63,888 nt of DNA from Bacteroidota bacterium (GTDB taxonomy: Bacteria; Bacteroidota; Bacteroidia; AKYH767-A; OLB10), in NCBI GenBank assembly GCA_024638565.1, contig JAHEKC010000006.1, positions 1 to 63,888 on the forward strand. The letters run 5' to 3'. Both the position numbers and the translations under genes were made by a program. Under the pieces are notes generated by a model. It was not told the DNA's origin. It did not search any database and saw only the letters and a list, made by a program, of their open reading frames with translations. Shown here piece after piece: positions 62,699 to 63,888 of this stretch (positions are counted from its first letter, which is position 1; each line of letters starts with the position of its first letter).

Positions 62699-63556
62699 TC
62701 AATACTTTACGGTTTTCCTGATCCTGAGATATACGGCAATGGCATTCAACAGGAAGGTGATGGCAAGCAGAACGATAATGCCCGCTGAAGCATTCTCCAA
62801 AAAGGCTTTCTGCGGCCTGGAGACCCAGTTGAATATCTGAATGGGCAAGACCGTGAATTCCGACGACAATGACGTGGGTGTAAACGGAACGTATGCAAGG
62901 GCACCCACTACGATCAGCGGAGCCGCTTCCCCTATGGCCCTGGACAGGGCAATGATGATCCCGGTGATGATTCCGCTTCCGGATGCCGGCAGCACGGTCA
63001 TTTTAACAGTTTGCCATTTACTCGCCCCCAGTGCATAGGAGGCCTCCCGAAGGGAGGAGGGCACGGCCTTGATGGACTCCCGCGTGGCCACGATAATGAT
63101 GGGAAGGATCAGCAAAGCCAGTGTCAGGCTGCCGGCCAGGACACTGCCTTTCATGCCGAAAACCCTGCTGAATATCTCGAGGCCCAGCAGCCCGTAAATG
63201 ATGGACGGCACCCCGGCCAGGTTTGAAATGTTGATCTCCACGATCCGGCCGAACCTCGTCCGCTTTCCATATTCTTCCAGGTAAATAGCGGCACCGATGC
63301 CCAGGGGGATCGATATGATGGCTGTCAGCACCACGATCCAAAGGGTGCCCGCCAGTGCAGAAAGAATACCGGCACGCCCCGCGATCCTGGAGGGGTAATT
63401 GACAAGGAAATCCCAGCTCAGCCTGCTGCCCCCGCTTTTAATAATGTGATAGATGAAGATGGCCAGCATGACCAGGCCGAAAAAGGTGCACAGCAGCCCC
63501 ACCACACTGAACACCCTGTCCTTTGCCGCACGGACCTTGAAGAACATGCTAGACAT
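62699..63556 (-). CDS. pstA: phosphate ABC transporter permease PstA
   Basis: EAA-loop region SLREASYALGASKWQTV. Six TM helices. Confidence 0.85.
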   Translation of the reverse strand: MSSMFFKVRAAKDRVFSVVGLLCTFFGLVMLAIFIYHIIKSGGSRLSWDFLVNYPSRIAGRAGILSALAGTLWIVVLTAIISIPLGIGAAIYLEEYGKRTRFGRIVEINISNLAGVPSIIYGLLGLEIFSRVFGMKGSVLAGSLTLALLILPIIIVATRESIKAVPSSLREASYALGASKWQTVKMTVLPASGSGIITGIIIALSRAIGEAAPLIVVGALAYVPFTPTSLSSEFTVLPIQIFNWVSRPQKAFLENASAGIIVLLAITFLLNAIAVYLRIRKTVKY

Positions 63557-63888
63557 ACTTGCGGTGGAATTTTTTGTTTAACCAGTAACTGATGTTATTG
63601 AGGATGAACGTAAATACAAACAACGTGATGCCGGCCGCGAAAATGGTCCTGTACTCGATCGTGTCGTGCATGACATCCCCCAGGCTTACCTGGACAATGT
63701 ACGTGGATATGGTTTCCACCGGCACCAGCGGGTTCGCGGTAAGTCGCGGCTGCTGACCCGCCGCAATGGCCACGATCATGGTCTCCCCTACCGCCCTGCT
63801 GATGGCCAGGATCACGGAAACGATGATACCGGAAGCCGCCGAGGGAATCACCACCTTGAAGGCTGTCTGCAAACGGGACGCCCCCAGC
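63549..63888 (-). CDS. pstC: phosphate ABC transporter permease PstC, C-terminal part (5' end outside window)
   Basis: The frame is open to the window edge. The C-terminal permease helices overlap the pstA start by 8 nt. Confidence 0.75.
   Translation of the reverse strand, partial: LGASRLQTAFKVVIPSAASGIIVSVILAISRAVGETMIVAIAAGQQPRLTANPLVPVETISTYIVQVSLGDVMHDTIEYRTIFAAGITLFVFTFILNNISYWLNKKFHRKYV

Overview
Chromosomal window from a fairly GC-rich member of the Bacteroidota. Supporting signs are the T9SS parts PorQ and GldA, several T9SS C-terminal sorting domains, a short ~290-aa primary sigma factor and TAnnTTTG -7 boxes. Layout: (i) 1-15.3 kb is a polysaccharide (EPS/O-antigen-like) locus. 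It holds glycosyltransferases, an AsnB-like amidotransferase, a Wzy-like polymerase, an inverted MBOAT O-acyltransferase pair, a fused two-domain oxidoreductase, an alpha/alpha-barrel protein, DUF354, an initiating sugar-phosphate transferase and a Wzi-like protein. (ii) 15.3-21.7 kb is a tightly packed six-gene minus-strand cluster: DUF4920, HMG-CoA lyase, a secreted protein with a long tandem-repeat helical region, DUF4139, NUDIX and HAD. (iii) 21.8-28.6 kb is one 2272-aa T9SS adhesin-like gene with 14 tandem ~87-aa modules, preceded by an M16 peptidase pair. (iv) 31.7-38.0 kb is housekeeping: nitronate monooxygenase-like, SanA, a nucleotidyltransferase, glyA, porQ and era. (v) An initiator tRNA-Met lies at 38.1 kb. 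It is followed by a ~7 kb accessory-looking stretch with two gene remnants, three T9SS-CTD cargo proteins, a GldM-C-like small protein, a small Cys-motif protein and an orphan TPR histidine kinase. (vi) 45-63.9 kb is housekeeping: cysteine desulfurase, a double-CxxC thioredoxin-fold protein, a response regulator, an Mqn-type radical SAM enzyme, lysA, metK, gldA, rsgA, dtd, a MazG-like protein, rpoD, der, an MscS channel, a cation antiporter and phoU-pstBAC. I saw no CRISPR array, transposase, integrase or recognisable defence system. The most unusual items are the 66-nt-period repeat gene next to DUF4139, the seven-fold W-R-I-E-K-R-D repeat propeller, the decayed T9SS-cargo stretch after the tRNA, a composite inverted-repeat element at 31.5 kb, and a recurring GCAG-rich motif just 3' of stop codons. 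All product names come from motif recognition by eye; no database search, HMM or folding program was run. Many ORF-track starts are over-extended (GC-rich DNA, alternative start codons), so revised starts are given where the sequence supports them.
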